Positions 1 through 11,398 are shown, counted from the stretch's first letter. The stretch: 64,000 nt of DNA from an uncultured Planctomycetota bacterium (GCA_963845755.1 CAWJTV010000021.1:1-64000), one strand, 5' to 3'. Notes: generated by a model from the sequence alone, not told the origin. Numbers and translations: made by a program.

Positions 1-110
1 ATCTGGCCCGATCGTCGTTGCGGTCCGCACGAACATCGTCCCGATTGGTCGCCGGTCGAGCCGTTCTCGTCCAATTGCCGGCTACCATGGCTTGTTGAAC
101 TTACGGCGAC

Positions 111-1788
111 GGGTGCAGGAACGCTAATGATTTTTCACGCAGCGATGGGTGCTTGCGTGTCGCGACCTGGCCTCGCGTAGGGATGACCTGGCCGGTTGCG
201 AATCTGGTCGATGAATTCCTCGTCGTCGTTGAGCCAAGCCGCGCGGAGGTTGAGCACGGCCTCGGGGTTGGCGTTGTTGTTCCAGAATTTCTCGCTCCCT
301 TTCGTGCGCTGGTTGAGCTGCTTGACCCACGATTCCACCGGGCTGCTGGTGATGGGTAATCCGACCCGGCGGTAGGCGGGTAGTCCATGCGCGACTGATT
401 ATTCTCCAAGTAGCCGCGCTCGCGATCGAGCACGCACCAGGGATGGTCGGGGTCGTCTTTGGGATTCGTCGGTGGATCGATCCGGCTTTGGTGATCGGCG
501 ATCTCGCCCAGGACGTCCCCGACGCGACCTTCCCAGCACGACTCCGCCCAGTGCCGGCCCAACTCAACGCCTTGGCCAGTGGCCTTGGCCGCGGCGTGCA
601 CGTGTTCCGCGGCGTGGACGAAATCCAGGATCGGCTCGAAGTCGGCGAAGTGACGACGCTGGATCGACCAGTTATACGGCAGGCCGTCGCTGACGAAGGC
701 CTTGGCCGTGGCGGTGAAGAAGCCGCGCCGGTCCGCGGCGGCAGCCGCCATCCAACCGAACGTCTCGCTGTCATTCAAGGTGGCCAGCCCGGAGCGGACC
801 ACCGGGACCGGTCTCCAGTCCGGTTTCTCGGCCGGGGTCGCCGATTCACTCGCCGGTGGCAGCTCGACAGCCGATCCCAGAGGTCCAGCAAAGCACGTGG
901 GGAGGTTCGGCTGTGGATCGACGTCGGATACCTGACGCTTCATCCGCAGCAGGACGGCCGTCTTGGTCTCCCTCCAAGCCGGCTCGTGGACCCCCGGCCC
1001 GTGGTCGGGTTGGCGCACCTGAATACGACCGCCATCGATCATGACGGCGGCCAACTCGATCGGCGGATTCGCGGCCGTCGTCGGCGTCATCAACGGGCGA
1101 TCTTTATAGGCCGTCGTCCGCTCGGTTTGCTCATCGACTCCGATGCCTCCCTGTTCCTGGCAGAGCGTCTGGAGGTGGCGGGGTGAGATCTTCAGTTCCG
1201 CAGCGATGCCGGCCAATTTCGCGGCCTCGGCGAACGAGCGGGCGGCGATGGCCATCGCGACCAGGATTGCCCGCATCGTCGGGCTATAGCCGCGGTGATC
1301 CAAGCCCTGGCGCGGTCTATTGGGGGAAAAAGACCCGCCGGCATCGCGGGCAAGAGTGCCGTGCCTCTTTGAGGGAGATCGGCCCGTCGCGGGTCTCCAG
1401 CGGTCGCTCTTGGATGGTTCCGGCGCAAGCCTGGCCGCAACCGGGACAGGGTTGCTCGTGCTCGGCGGACTCGGCGCATTGAGACGCGGTTTGCTCGCAG
1501 AGCAGGCGTGCCACCTTGCGACCGGCTTCGTGAGCGCGTTGCTCGATGGTGGCGAAGTCGAGCCCCGCACCCGTCTGATCAACCGCGAAGAATTCTTCCT
1601 TGACCATCCCGAGAAGTCGCTGAAGACGGGCATCCTGGGCCGAATCGGTAGGCGAGCCGCGAAACATGACGATCCTCCATGATCAAGCTATCTTGCCCCA
1701 ACGTCCTTCCACCCTATCAAAATTCGTCGAGTTCTCCTATTGACGTTTGGCTACACCCGGATGTGGCGACATTAGCGTTCCTGCTCCC
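111..1788 (-). mobile_element. Complete insertion sequence, Mutator-like (ISKra4/UPF0236-type), 1678 bp
   Basis: Terminal IRs GGGTGCAGGAACGCTAATG (111-129) and the reverse complement of 1770-1788 (GGGAGCAGGAACGCTAATG) match 18/19. They are flanked by the 9-bp direct repeat TACGGCGAC (102-110, 1789-1797) and enclose a transposase. Confidence 0.9.
135..1667 (-). CDS. ISKra4-like DDE transposase, split over three frames (shifts at ~1322 and ~378)
   Basis: N-terminal CPGC...CPRC-FFP segment, then MIDGGR, VSDG..W, LDFVHAAEH and the reconstructed MDYP-AYRRVGLPITSSPVES motif typical of ISKra4/UPF0236 transposases. Confidence 0.82.
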
Positions 1789-2081
1789 TACGGCGACAGA
1801 CTGTCCTTGCCGCATTGGCCTGATTGCGGTATGGTCCGCAACGGCTTTAGGTCTCGTCGGACTCACTCGGCTCTGAAGCTGTGGAGAAAACGATTCAAGA
1901 TCACAGATTCAAGATTTAAAGTGAATGTAAGCCATGCCTGCACAGAGGTTTACATCCATCAAATCCTGAATCTTCCATCTGAATTCCTTCGCTGCTCCTC
2001 AGGGAATTGCGATTCGGCAGCCGCTGGACAATCGGTTTCTGGTCAGGAAAGGACCTGCGCGAGAAAGGGGGAAGGATTCCC

Positions 2082-3371
2082 ATGACGATCCGTCGATTGC
2101 GATGGTACGTGTGGCTTCTCATCGGAGTGATTCTCGTCCCCCCCTTGCTCTGGGTCGCCGTGGTGATGGTCGCTCCCACGGCTTGGGCCAAGTCGAAGCT
2201 GGTTGCGATCCTGGAATCCCGGAGCGGCCGTCGCGTCGGGCTCGAAGGCTTGTCGGTCCGGCTGCTGGGCGGGATTCAGCTCACCAACCTGGAGATCGGC
2301 TCGCCGAGGGGCCTCGACGAGCCCTGGCTCAAGGCTGCCGACGTTCGCCTGGATATCGGCCCGCTCCAGATCCTCCGGGGCCAGATTCAGCCGTCACGGG
2401 TCGAGGTGGAGGGGGTCGAGCTTCGCGTCCTGCGCCGCGCGGATGGGACCGTCGAACTGGCCGACCTGATCCGGCCAGTCCCGCCTCCGGCCGTCTCGCC
2501 CTCCGGGCGTGGGAAGCCGGTCGATCATCATATCGCCGTCCAGGTTCGCAGTGCCAACGTGAGCGTGGTCGACATGCCCACACAGACGCAGCTCCAACTC
2601 CAAGACGTCGAAGGAGAAGGATACTCCGAAGGGCCGCGGGCGGTCGTCGACCATCTCCGAGGGACCCTCAACGGCGGCCGGTTCCGGTTCGCCGCGCAGA
2701 TCGACCGGACCGCCCGGGCTCTGGACCTCAAGACCCAGTTCCGCGCCGATGACGTGAAACTCGATGAAGGTATGAAAATCCTGAGATACGCCGTGCCTGT
2801 CCTGGCCGGCGCCCCCTCGACCCTCAAGGGGCGGCTCGACGCCGACATCTATGCGCAGGGTCAGGGCGCCTCGTGGAAAGAACTCTGCCGGTCGCTGGCC
2901 GGTCATGGCGTCATCGCGCTGAATCCGATCGAGCTCGATGGCGCCCCGCTGGTGGCCGAACTCTCCCGGTTCGTCAACTTGTCGGGCCCGCGGCGCGTCG
3001 GCTCGATCCGGACCGATTTTCTCATCAAAGACCGGCGCATCACCACCGACCAGTTCACGCTGAATCTCGCCCGATTGCCCATCACCCTCTCGGGTTGGAC
3101 CGATCTCGATGGACGGATCGACTATCACATGAACGTGGAAGGGCTCAACGATCGACTGCCGGACCGGGTGCGGCACATCCTCGGCGATCTCAAGGTGGAT
3201 GTGAAGTCCTTGGCCTCCCTGACCCTGCGCGGGAATGTCAACAAGCTGGTCGTCCAGGTCAACGGCGTGCCCATCGACGGCAACCTGTTGCGGAACACAG
3301 GTCTCCGCCAGGACGATCGCGAGCAGCTCCGCCTCCTGGGCCGCCAGCTTCGCGACAAGTTCCTTCGCTAA
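2082..3371 (+). CDS. AsmA-family protein (N-terminal TM anchor, beta-rich AsmA-like domains)
   Basis: TM helix followed by 'LESRSGRRV.L.GLSVRLLGGI.L.NLEIG'; C-terminal 'IKDRRITT...LSGWTDLDGRIDY'. Confidence 0.7.
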   Translation: MTIRRLRWYVWLLIGVILVPPLLWVAVVMVAPTAWAKSKLVAILESRSGRRVGLEGLSVRLLGGIQLTNLEIGSPRGLDEPWLKAADVRLDIGPLQILRGQIQPSRVEVEGVELRVLRRADGTVELADLIRPVPPPAVSPSGRGKPVDHHIAVQVRSANVSVVDMPTQTQLQLQDVEGEGYSEGPRAVVDHLRGTLNGGRFRFAAQIDRTARALDLKTQFRADDVKLDEGMKILRYAVPVLAGAPSTLKGRLDADIYAQGQGASWKELCRSLAGHGVIALNPIELDGAPLVAELSRFVNLSGPRRVGSIRTDFLIKDRRITTDQFTLNLARLPITLSGWTDLDGRIDYHMNVEGLNDRLPDRVRHILGDLKVDVKSLASLTLRGNVNKLVVQVNGVPIDGNLLRNTGLRQDDREQLRLLGRQLRDKFLR

Positions 3372-4038
3372 CTGGGCCAGCGGGCCGATAATCCGTGCCG
3401 CCCGTACACGCGCTCTTTCCGGCCCATTCCCTGTGACCGGTCCCGCCTGGGCCAGCGGCCGAAACTTGATTCACACCAAGAGGCCCTTTACAATCACACG
3501 GGGTCGGCGATCCGGGGAGGAGCAACGACCCTGCGGGACTTATTCGACACGCGGCCGCGAATCGAACGGATCTGACGGTCGGTGAACCCAGTGCCGGAGC
3601 GCTCGTGTCTTGGTGATGACTCGTCTCCGGTCACTCGAACAGAATAGCCGGTGCGAGTCCACCGGAGGTTTTCCCGGTCTCTCAATCAGAAAGGTAGCGC
3701 GAAGTGGCGCTTGGAGATCTATCAATCCCTGGGTCAATTGATCGATGGTTGAGGCGTACCATTGATGGAGGTTGAAGTCCATCCTGCTGGATCTTTCAAA
3801 GCGACCCTGATGCCCGGAACCCCCGATCGCGCACCCTCTCCTGACGGATGCCGATGGACAGGTAGGGACGAGTGTTGGGTGGTGGCAATGAGTGAACAAA
3901 CCTTCAACCTAGACGGAGACTTCCCCGAGTCGCTCGCAACTCCGATGACTGATCGGCTCACGGTTGCGTAGAATGGAAGGTGGAGCAGGACGTGGGACGG
4001 TGCGAAGTGGGGACAATCGTCGGATCGGAGTAGACCGC

Positions 4039-6579
4039 ATGTACGAACGCTTCACCGATCGAGCTCGCAAGGTGATGCAGCTAGCCAACCAAGAGGCGCA
4101 ACGATTCAACCATGAATACGTGGGGACCGAGCATGTACTACTCGGGCTGATCAAGGAGGGGAGCGGGGTCGCGGCGACGGTTCTGAGGAACATGGACGTG
4201 GATTTGCGGAAGATCCGCAACGAGATCGAGAAGATCGTGCAGGCCGGGCCCGAGATGGTGACGATGGGCAAGCTGCCGCAGACTCCTCGAGCCAAGAAGG
4301 TGATCGAGTATGCCATCGAGGAAGCACGCAACCTGAACCACAATTACGTGGGGACCGAACACCTGCTGCTGGGCTTGTTGCGGGAGCAGGAGGGTGTGGC
4401 CGCCCAGGTGCTGATGAACCTCAATTTGAAGCTGGAAGAAGTGCGCGAGGAGGTGCTGAACTTGCTCGGTCATGGGATGGACGCTGGCGGCGAGAGCGAA
4501 CGCGGTGCCACGTCAAAAGGCAACAAGTCCAAGACCCCGGCCTTGGACTCTTTCGGGCGCGACCTGACCGACCTGGCGCGGCAAGGCAAGCTGGACCCGG
4601 TCATCGGCCGCCAAAATGAAATCGAGCGCGTGATCCAGGTGCTGTCGCGGCGCACCAAGAACAACCCGGTCCTGCTCGGTGAAGCGGGGGTGGGAAAGAC
4701 GGCGATCGTCGAGGGCCTGGCCCAGATGATCGTCGACGGCAACGTCCCCGAGCTGTTGCGCGATCGCCGCATCGTGGTCCTGGATCTGGCCATGATGGTC
4801 GCCGGCACCAAGTATCGCGGCCAGTTCGAGGAGCGGATCAAGGCGGTGATGAACGAGGTCCGTCGTGCCAAGAACACGATCCTCTTCATTGACGAATTGC
4901 ACACCCTCGTCGGCGCCGGCGGGGCCGAGGGGGCTATCGACGCCTCGAATGTTCTCAAGCCGGCCCTGGCCCGCGGCGAGGTGCAGTGCATCGGCGCCAC
5001 GACGCTCGACGAGTACCGCAAGTACATCGAGAAGGACGGGGCGCTGGAACGGCGGTTCCAGACGATCATCGTCGAGCCCCCTAGCCGTCACGAAGCCCTG
5101 GAGATCCTCCGCGGCCTGCGCGACCGCTACGAGGCCCATCACCGCGTCCAGATCACCGACGAGGCGCTGGAGGCGTCCGTCGAGCTCTCGGACCGTTACA
5201 TCACCGGCCGCTGCCTCCCGGACAAGGCGATCGACGTGGTCAACGAGGCCGGTGCCCGCGTCCGGCTCAAGGCCATGACGCGACCCCCTGACCTCAAGGA
5301 GCTCGACGAGCAGATCGAACGGCTCAACCAGGATAAGGAAGAGGCCGTCGCCAACCAGGACTTCGAACGGGCCGCCGCCTTGCGCGACCAGGCCGACAAG
5401 CTCAAGAAGAAGAAGGAGACGATCACGCCGCGAGTGGCGGAGCGCTCCAAGGAGATCGACGGCACTGTCGACGAGGAGGTCATCGCGGAGGTCGTCAGCA
5501 AGATGACCGGCATCCCGCTGACGCGGCTCGAGAGCGAGGAGAGCGGCCGGCTGCTTCGCATGGAGGAGGAGATCCAGAAGAAGGTCATCTCCCAGACCGA
5601 GGCCATCCGGCGGATCAGCGAGGCGGTGCGACGGAGCCGTGCCGGCTTGAAGGATCCCAAGCGGCCCATCGGCAGCTTCATCTTTGCCGGGCCGACCGGG
5701 GTCGGCAAGACCTTGCTCGCCAAGGCCCTCGCCGAGTTCATGTTCGGCGACTCCGACGCGTTGATCCAGATCGACATGTCCGAGTACATGGAGAAGCACA
5801 ACGTCTCCCGGCTCATCGGTGCGCCTCCCGGCTATGTCGGCTATGAGGAAGGCGGCCAGTTGACCGAGAAGATCCGTCGCCGTCCGTATGCCGTGGTCCT
5901 CCTCGACGAGATCGAGAAGGCCCACCCTGACGTCTACAACACCCTCCTCCAGATCATGGAGGAAGGCCGGCTCACCGACAGCTTCGGCCGGAACGTCGAT
6001 TTCAAGAACACGATCATCATCATGACGACCAACGCCGGCGCCGAGGTGACCTCGTACACCAACATCTTCGGCTTCGACCGCGGCCGCGACGATTCCGCCA
6101 GCTACGAGCAGATGAAGGAGCGGCTCAAGGTCGCCATCGAGAAGTACTTCCGCCCCGAGTTCCTCAACCGGCTGGACGACGTCATCGTCTTCCATGCCCT
6201 CAACCCCAAGGATCTCAAGCGGATCGTCAACATCGAGCTCGCCAAGATCCGAGGCCGCATGAGCGATCGCGGACTGGAGCTGATCATGACTGAAGAGGCC
6301 AAGGACCTCTTGATCGCCAAGGGGTACAACCCCGATTACGGCGCCCGGCCGCTGCGTCGCGCGATCGAAAACCTCATCGAGAACCCCCTGGCCGAGGACC
6401 TGCTTCGCGGCACGTTCAAGGGCAAGGCCGTGGTCAATGTCCTGGTCGAGGGCGAGGAAGATGCCAAGAAATTCAAGTTCGTCGCCGCCACGCGCGAAGA
6501 GGCCGACAGCCAGGCCCTGGTGAGCGTCGGTGTCGACGACGGTGACGGCGAATCCTCTCAGGCGGTTGGGAAGGGTTAG
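4039..6579 (+). CDS. clpC: ATP-dependent Clp protease ATP-binding subunit ClpC
   Basis: [12 protein letters not shown] start, two Clp-N repeats, Walker A motifs GEAGVGKT and [11 protein letters not shown]-type middle coil, GARPLRRAI. Confidence 0.96.
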   Translation: MYERFTDRARKVMQLANQEAQRFNHEYVGTEHVLLGLIKEGSGVAATVLRNMDVDLRKIRNEIEKIVQAGPEMVTMGKLPQTPRAKKVIEYAIEEARNLNHNYVGTEHLLLGLLREQEGVAAQVLMNLNLKLEEVREEVLNLLGHGMDAGGESERGATSKGNKSKTPALDSFGRDLTDLARQGKLDPVIGRQNEIERVIQVLSRRTKNNPVLLGEAGVGKTAIVEGLAQMIVDGNVPELLRDRRIVVLDLAMMVAGTKYRGQFEERIKAVMNEVRRAKNTILFIDELHTLVGAGGAEGAIDASNVLKPALARGEVQCIGATTLDEYRKYIEKDGALERRFQTIIVEPPSRHEALEILRGLRDRYEAHHRVQITDEALEASVELSDRYITGRCLPDKAIDVVNEAGARVRLKAMTRPPDLKELDEQIERLNQDKEEAVANQDFERAAALRDQADKLKKKKETITPRVAERSKEIDGTVDEEVIAEVVSKMTGIPLTRLESEESGRLLRMEEEIQKKVISQTEAIRRISEAVRRSRAGLKDPKRPIGSFIFAGPTGVGKTLLAKALAEFMFGDSDALIQIDMSEYMEKHNVSRLIGAPPGYVGYEEGGQLTEKIRRRPYAVVLLDEIEKAHPDVYNTLLQIMEEGRLTDSFGRNVDFKNTIIIMTTNAGAEVTSYTNIFGFDRGRDDSASYEQMKERLKVAIEKYFRPEFLNRLDDVIVFHALNPKDLKRIVNIELAKIRGRMSDRGLELIMTEEAKDLLIAKGYNPDYGARPLRRAIENLIENPLAEDLLRGTFKGKAVVNVLVEGEEDAKKFKFVAATREEADSQALVSVGVDDGDGESSQAVGKG

Positions 6580-6620
6580 TCGCTGCTCTCCGGTTTTCCG
6601 AGTTCAGGTAATCCCTTGCT

Positions 6621-6670
6621 GGCTCATGCGAGGAAACGGGTGGTGTGCCGCCGGTTTCCTCGCATGAGCC
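6621..6670. terminator. Strong hairpin between convergent clpC and MMPL genes
   Basis: Perfect 17-bp inverted repeat GGCTCATGCGAGGAAAC / GTTTCCTCGCATGAGCC. Confidence 0.65.
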
Positions 6671-6704
6671 AACTTGTTTAGAAGCTGTCCGAGATCTCCC
6701 TCGA

Positions 6705-6760
6705 GTGGGTGAATCCCACCGAGAACGGCCCCGATCTTGGTCGGTTTCACCCACCCTACG
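6705..6760. repeat. GTAG-type REP/REPIN-like palindrome
   Basis: GTGGGTGAA...TTCACCCACCCTACG; the minus strand reads CGTAGGGTGGGTGAAACC. Intergenic. Confidence 0.55.
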
Positions 6761-6807
6761 GAGACCGGAAGCCGTTCTCGAATAGTTACTTACTGACCGA
6801 ACACGAT

Positions 6808-9186
6808 TCAGATCGCCTCGCTCGGCTGGAGGTCCGGCGCGGTCTTGTGTCGGGTCCGCACGCGATCGACCAGGACGACGAAGGCCGGCACGAGGATCGG
6901 TCGGACGAGGAAGGTGTCGAGGAGGACGCCGAGTCCCAGTGCGAATCCCAGCTCGCGCAGGGAGGTGAGGTTCCCGGTGAGCATCGACCCGAAGGTCCCG
7001 GCCATGATCAGGCCGCAGGAGCTGATGATCCCACCGGTATGCGCGACGGCGCGGCGGGTCCCGTCAACGACTCCGTGCTTCCGTTCCTCTTCGATGACCC
7101 GGGCCATCAGGAGGATGTTGTAATCCTCTCCGACCGCGACCAGGATCACGAAGAGGAAGAAACCCACGGTCCAATCGAGTCCGCCCCAGGGCTCCGGGCC
7201 GCGATGCAGGGCATGGAAGACCAGGTCGGTCAATCCCAGGGACGCCAGGTATCCGAGCACGACCGTGCCCATGAGATAAAGGCTGATCCCGGGCCGGCGC
7301 AACAGGAGCACCAGGATGGCATAGACTCCCAGCGTGACCAGCACGTACATCCGACGCTCGTCGCTGGTCGTCACACGTCGCAGGTCATTCACGGCCGAGG
7401 TCGAACCGACAAGGCCGATCGTTCGGGTCCCTTTCAGCGGCTGATCGTCCGCCGTCGCAGCCTGGAGGACCTCGCGTACCCGCTCGAGCGTCTCCATGCT
7501 GACTGCCGAGAACGGATCGGTGCGGAACACGACATCGAAGCGAGTGATATGATTGAGATCAGATCGGCTGGCCGGGTGCAAGCTGACGTAACGCGATTCC
7601 GCGCCGAGACGCAACGCCTGGTCGGCGACGCGGCCGAAGAAACCTGCCGCCGCCGGGGCCGACGGCGGCCGGCCGACCGGCTGGGTGAGCGAGCGGACTT
7701 CCGCGACGTTGTCGATCGCAGCCAGCCGCCGGCTGGTTTCCGCGATCGCCTCGCGTCCCGGAGGCGAGCGGAAGTCCAGGACGGGGTTCTCGATCAGCAC
7801 GGTGGCCGGACTCAGCTCGCCGACCGCGAAGTAGCGCCGGACGACGGCGGCGCCGATCACGCTCGGCCGATCGCGGTCCAGGTCGGCAAGCTGGTTGTAG
7901 TTCGTCTTGGTGCGAGCCCCCACCGCCGCCAGCGTGCCGAGTACCAGCAGGCAGACCGATAAGATCGCGATCGGATGGCGGACGACCAGGTCCGCGACGT
8001 TTACCCAGAAGCCCTTCGTTGGCAGGCTGTCCAGGCTCTCCCCCTCGCCCAGGGACTCAGACTCGCGAGGGCTGGTGGGCTCGAGGTGCGGGGCGCGGAA
8101 CGGCCAGAACATGGCCCCGCGCAGGCCGGCCAGCAACGTGGGCGCCAGCGTCAGGGAAGCGGCCAGCGCGACGGCCAGGCTCAGGGCGATCGTCGGCCCC
8201 GTGTAGCGGATCTGCGCGAAGCTCGAGAAGTAGAGCATCCCCAATCCGACGATCACCGTCCCGGCACTGGCGATCAGCGCCCCACCGACCTGATCGATCG
8301 CTTCGCGAAGCGCGTCGAGTCTCGTCCGGCCGCGCCCCAACTCTTCGGAATAGCGCGCGATCAGGAACAAGCAGTAGTCCGTCCCCGCGCCGAAGAGGAT
8401 GACCACGATGAAGACCCGGGTGATGTTGATCACCTGGAAGCCGAGACTCGGAAAGGTGGTGAGCAGGGCGATCGTCCAGAACGACACGAGCAAGGAAAGT
8501 GCGATGGTCACCAGGGGAACCATGGCCAGCAGCGGCGACCGATAGACCACCAGCAGGATCAGGATCACCAGGATGACCGTCGTACGAGAGGTATTGGCGA
8601 TGCTCTCGTTGGCTGCCGTGTTGATATCGTGTCCGACGACCGCGGAGCCGGTGACGCTCCGTTCCAACCCCGACGGCGGTTCGGGCCGGTCCTCGGCCAG
8701 CCATTCCAAAATGTGGTCGACGGCGATCCGCGTCGTTTTGGCTCGATAGGTCCCGTTGAGCGAGAGGATCGTCAGCACGGCCTGGGACCGGCCGTCGGCG
8801 CCGTTGCCGATCAGCCGGTGGCCGATCACGGGCGAGTTGTGGGTATCGAGCTTCTTGAAACCCAGCTCCGGATGGACCTGAGCGAACTGGTAGAATCGGG
8901 CGGCCGTCCGCTCGACGTAGCGAAAGTCATCCGGAGTCAAGCGACCGCTCGCGCGCTCGTAGACCAGCACAACCTGGGAGCTCGCGGCATCTTGTGGGAA
9001 GCCGTGCTCCAGCAGTTCTTGGCCGAGGACGCTCGGATAATCCGGCGGGAAGAACCGGACGGTGTCGTCCTTGGTGATCTCGTCCCAACGCGGAGCGACC
9101 GAACGCAGCACGACGGCCAGGGCGAGCCATGCCAGAAAGACAAGCCAGGGGCGACGGATCACGAAGCGTGAGATGAGAGAAAACAT
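6808..9186 (-). CDS. MMPL family (RND superfamily) transporter
   Basis: Two membrane halves with FGAGTDYCLFL and VAVGEDYNILLM, TGGIISSCGLIMAGTF and LLDTFLVRPILVPA. Confidence 0.92.
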   Translation of the reverse strand: MFSLISRFVIRRPWLVFLAWLALAVVLRSVAPRWDEITKDDTVRFFPPDYPSVLGQELLEHGFPQDAASSQVVLVYERASGRLTPDDFRYVERTAARFYQFAQVHPELGFKKLDTHNSPVIGHRLIGNGADGRSQAVLTILSLNGTYRAKTTRIAVDHILEWLAEDRPEPPSGLERSVTGSAVVGHDINTAANESIANTSRTTVILVILILLVVYRSPLLAMVPLVTIALSLLVSFWTIALLTTFPSLGFQVINITRVFIVVILFGAGTDYCLFLIARYSEELGRGRTRLDALREAIDQVGGALIASAGTVIVGLGMLYFSSFAQIRYTGPTIALSLAVALAASLTLAPTLLAGLRGAMFWPFRAPHLEPTSPRESESLGEGESLDSLPTKGFWVNVADLVVRHPIAILSVCLLVLGTLAAVGARTKTNYNQLADLDRDRPSVIGAAVVRRYFAVGELSPATVLIENPVLDFRSPPGREAIAETSRRLAAIDNVAEVRSLTQPVGRPPSAPAAAGFFGRVADQALRLGAESRYVSLHPASRSDLNHITRFDVVFRTDPFSAVSMETLERVREVLQAATADDQPLKGTRTIGLVGSTSAVNDLRRVTTSDERRMYVLVTLGVYAILVLLLRRPGISLYLMGTVVLGYLASLGLTDLVFHALHRGPEPWGGLDWTVGFFLFVILVAVGEDYNILLMARVIEEERKHGVVDGTRRAVAHTGGIISSCGLIMAGTFGSMLTGNLTSLRELGFALGLGVLLDTFLVRPILVPAFVVLVDRVRTRHKTAPDLQPSEAI

Positions 9187-9776
9187 GAGTCCATAAGATT
9201 CCGATGCAGCGACGATCCCGGCGACCGACCCGACTCCCTTGCACTCTTCGCGCCCCACGCACCTCTTCCAGGTTCCCGATCCGAGATTCCGGATTCCCGA
9301 TGCGGCAGGTCGTTCGTTCCTGAAATCGGCGACGGTCCCCGCCTCGCCCTCCCGTGGAAGACGACCGAACATAGTCGATCGCAGCCTCTCGTGTCAAAGA
9401 GAAATGCATGGCGTGGGCGGGAGTTGACCCGTTCCGCCCAGGTTGCCCGTTCATCTCTGGCGCGGGCGACGACCTTATCGAATAAAACGAAATCCGGCAC
9501 GAAGGACTTGCCGACGGACCCGGGATAGCCTACCTATTCTTTTAGAGGCTCCCTCGGATGGGCCGCAGCGACGGCCCAGTTTTCCGGCGACCCGGTTCTC
9601 TCCGGCTCGTCGGAGCCTCGTCCTTCCGAGTGATTTCCCCGGGAGGGCGAGCCTGCGGCGAGTCGATTTCTCAAGTGGCATGGCCTTTGCTCCGGGGAAT
9701 ACTCGTTGTTGAGAGTATTGTCGCATCCCGGCGTTTCCGACGGCCTCGCCGACGACCCTGGAGGAAACACCCGTCC

Positions 9777-10166
9777 GTGTCCGCAACATTCGTGAAACAA
9801 CTGGCTCGTGATTGGACAGGCCGACTGGCCCACTTCACCTTGCACCGTAACGACGAGCACCGCTTGGCCCTCTTCGACGAGGCGGCTCGATATGCCGGCT
9901 TGCATCTGGAGAATGACCTCGCCCGGTCCAAATTCTGGTCCGAGCTTCCCCTCCGGGAACGGGCGGCGGTCTTGCTGTTCCTCGTGGACCGCGGCGTGAT
10001 CGAGCGGACGACCCGGCGCGGTCGGCGCGTCTTCGAACCGCTGGCCCATGCGGAGTCCTGGGTCGAGAATCAACGGACGTTACAGCCGTTCGTCAAGCCG
10101 GTCCTGGAACTGGTGAGCGCTCTCCGTCTCGAGCTGCTCCGCCGCGCCCACTCAAACCACATTTGA
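9777..10166 (+). CDS. Hypothetical protein (129 aa, possibly winged-helix-like)
   Basis: GGAGG RBS before a GTG start, host-like codon usage, 'LLFLVDRGVIERTTRRGRRVF' segment. Confidence 0.6.
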   Translation: MSATFVKQLARDWTGRLAHFTLHRNDEHRLALFDEAARYAGLHLENDLARSKFWSELPLRERAAVLLFLVDRGVIERTTRRGRRVFEPLAHAESWVENQRTLQPFVKPVLELVSALRLELLRRAHSNHI

Positions 10167-10212
10167 CCTCCGCCACTGGATTTCGAGCCTCGTGCCAGGC
10201 AATCTCGGAGGT

Positions 10213-10401
10213 ATGTCGACCTCCCGCATTCACACCTGGCGAAGAGACCTGCACGTCAGCCTGCGCGCGTTTCTGATCTTCATCCTGGTGATCGGCGGCT
10301 GGCTCGGCTGGCTCGTCCACAGCGCTCACGTGCAGCGCGATTGCCGAAGCCGAGGATCGAGAGAGATTATTGGCCTCCCAGACACCGGTTTGCGAGCGTA
10401 A
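10213..10401 (+). pseudogene. Truncated N-terminal remnant of a planctomycete membrane-anchored (LRR-type) protein
   Basis: GGAGG RBS; 'VSLRAFLIFILVIGGWLGWLVHSAHVQRD' resembles the leader of such proteins, then the sequence breaks off. Confidence 0.5.
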
Positions 10402-10447
10402 GCGACATCGATCTCCGTTCGTCTTCCGGATCCCGGAGATTCTCACG

Positions 10448-11398
10448 ATGCTCGTGCGGATCTGCTCCGTAGCCCTGGTGATCTGGCTCGCGGGGAGGCA
10501 ACACATCATCAGCGCAGACGATCCGCTGGTCCCGGAGGGCATAGCGGTCTTGCACGATCTCCCGTACCGGGAGGGAACCAGCCGGCAATGGAAGCTGGAC
10601 CTCGCGATGAAGAAGGACACGGGTGGCAAGCCACGGCCTGGCATCGTAGTCATCCACGGAGGCGGATGGCTCGAAGGGGATAAATCGAGTTTCGCCTCGC
10701 GGGAGCACGGAGTCCCGGGCAATATCGTGGACTTCGCCGCGCTCGGCTTCGTCGCCGTGACCATCAACTACCGTCTCTCGCCCGAAGCCCCGTTCCCGGC
10801 CGGGCTGGAGGACTGCAAGAACGCCGTGCGCTGGTTGCGCGCCCATGCAAACGACTACAACCTGGACCCGGACCACATCGGGGCTTACGGCAATTCGGCC
10901 GGCGGGCATCTCGCGATGCTCCTGGGCATGGTCGGCAAGGACGCACGCCTCGAAGGGGATGGCCCCTACCAGGATCAATCGAGCCTCGTGCAAGCGATCG
11001 TGAGCGACAGTGGACCGATCGATCTCATCGGCCAGCACCGTCGCGGCGCGTTGCGCGTGGTCTGCGAGCGATTCATGGGGGGACCGCCGGAAGGCGAGCG
11101 GGCCGCCGCGTATCGGAGAGCCTCGCCCGCGGATCAGATCACACCGCGAACACCACCACTGTTACTGATCTACGGCGTCGAGGATGCCCAGGTCCCGGTC
11201 GAGACGGCCGATCGATTCGTGCTCGCGCTCGGTCGCGCCGGCTTGAAGGACGTGAGTTATTATCGTTTGGCCTTCGTCGATCATTGCCCGCATTCTCTGG
11301 TGCGCATGCCCGCGATGCGGGCGGTCGTGGAGGAGTTCTTCGTTCGTACGCTGATGCACCCAGAAGCAGCCCGGAGCGTCAAGCGACGCGAAGGTTGA
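10448..11398 (+). CDS. Alpha/beta hydrolase (HSL/BD-FAE-like esterase), probably exported
   Basis: HGGGW oxyanion motif, GNSAGG nucleophile, D (EDAQVP) and H (VDHC); signal-like N-terminus. Confidence 0.88.
   Translation: MLVRICSVALVIWLAGRQHIISADDPLVPEGIAVLHDLPYREGTSRQWKLDLAMKKDTGGKPRPGIVVIHGGGWLEGDKSSFASREHGVPGNIVDFAALGFVAVTINYRLSPEAPFPAGLEDCKNAVRWLRAHANDYNLDPDHIGAYGNSAGGHLAMLLGMVGKDARLEGDGPYQDQSSLVQAIVSDSGPIDLIGQHRRGALRVVCERFMGGPPEGERAAAYRRASPADQITPRTPPLLLIYGVEDAQVPVETADRFVLALGRAGLKDVSYYRLAFVDHCPHSLVRMPAMRAVVEEFFVRTLMHPEAARSVKRREG

Noticed and set aside
3372..4038. CIRCE/CtsR heat-shock operator upstream of clpC
   Set aside because: No TTAGCACTC-N9-GAGTGCTAA or clear CtsR heptad repeats seen.
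4513..6195. Long antisense ORFs (e.g. 560 aa opposite clpC, 520 aa at 22961-24523, 460 aa at 29403-30785)
   Set aside because: Typical shadow ORFs of high-GC coding DNA, with no recognisable motifs.
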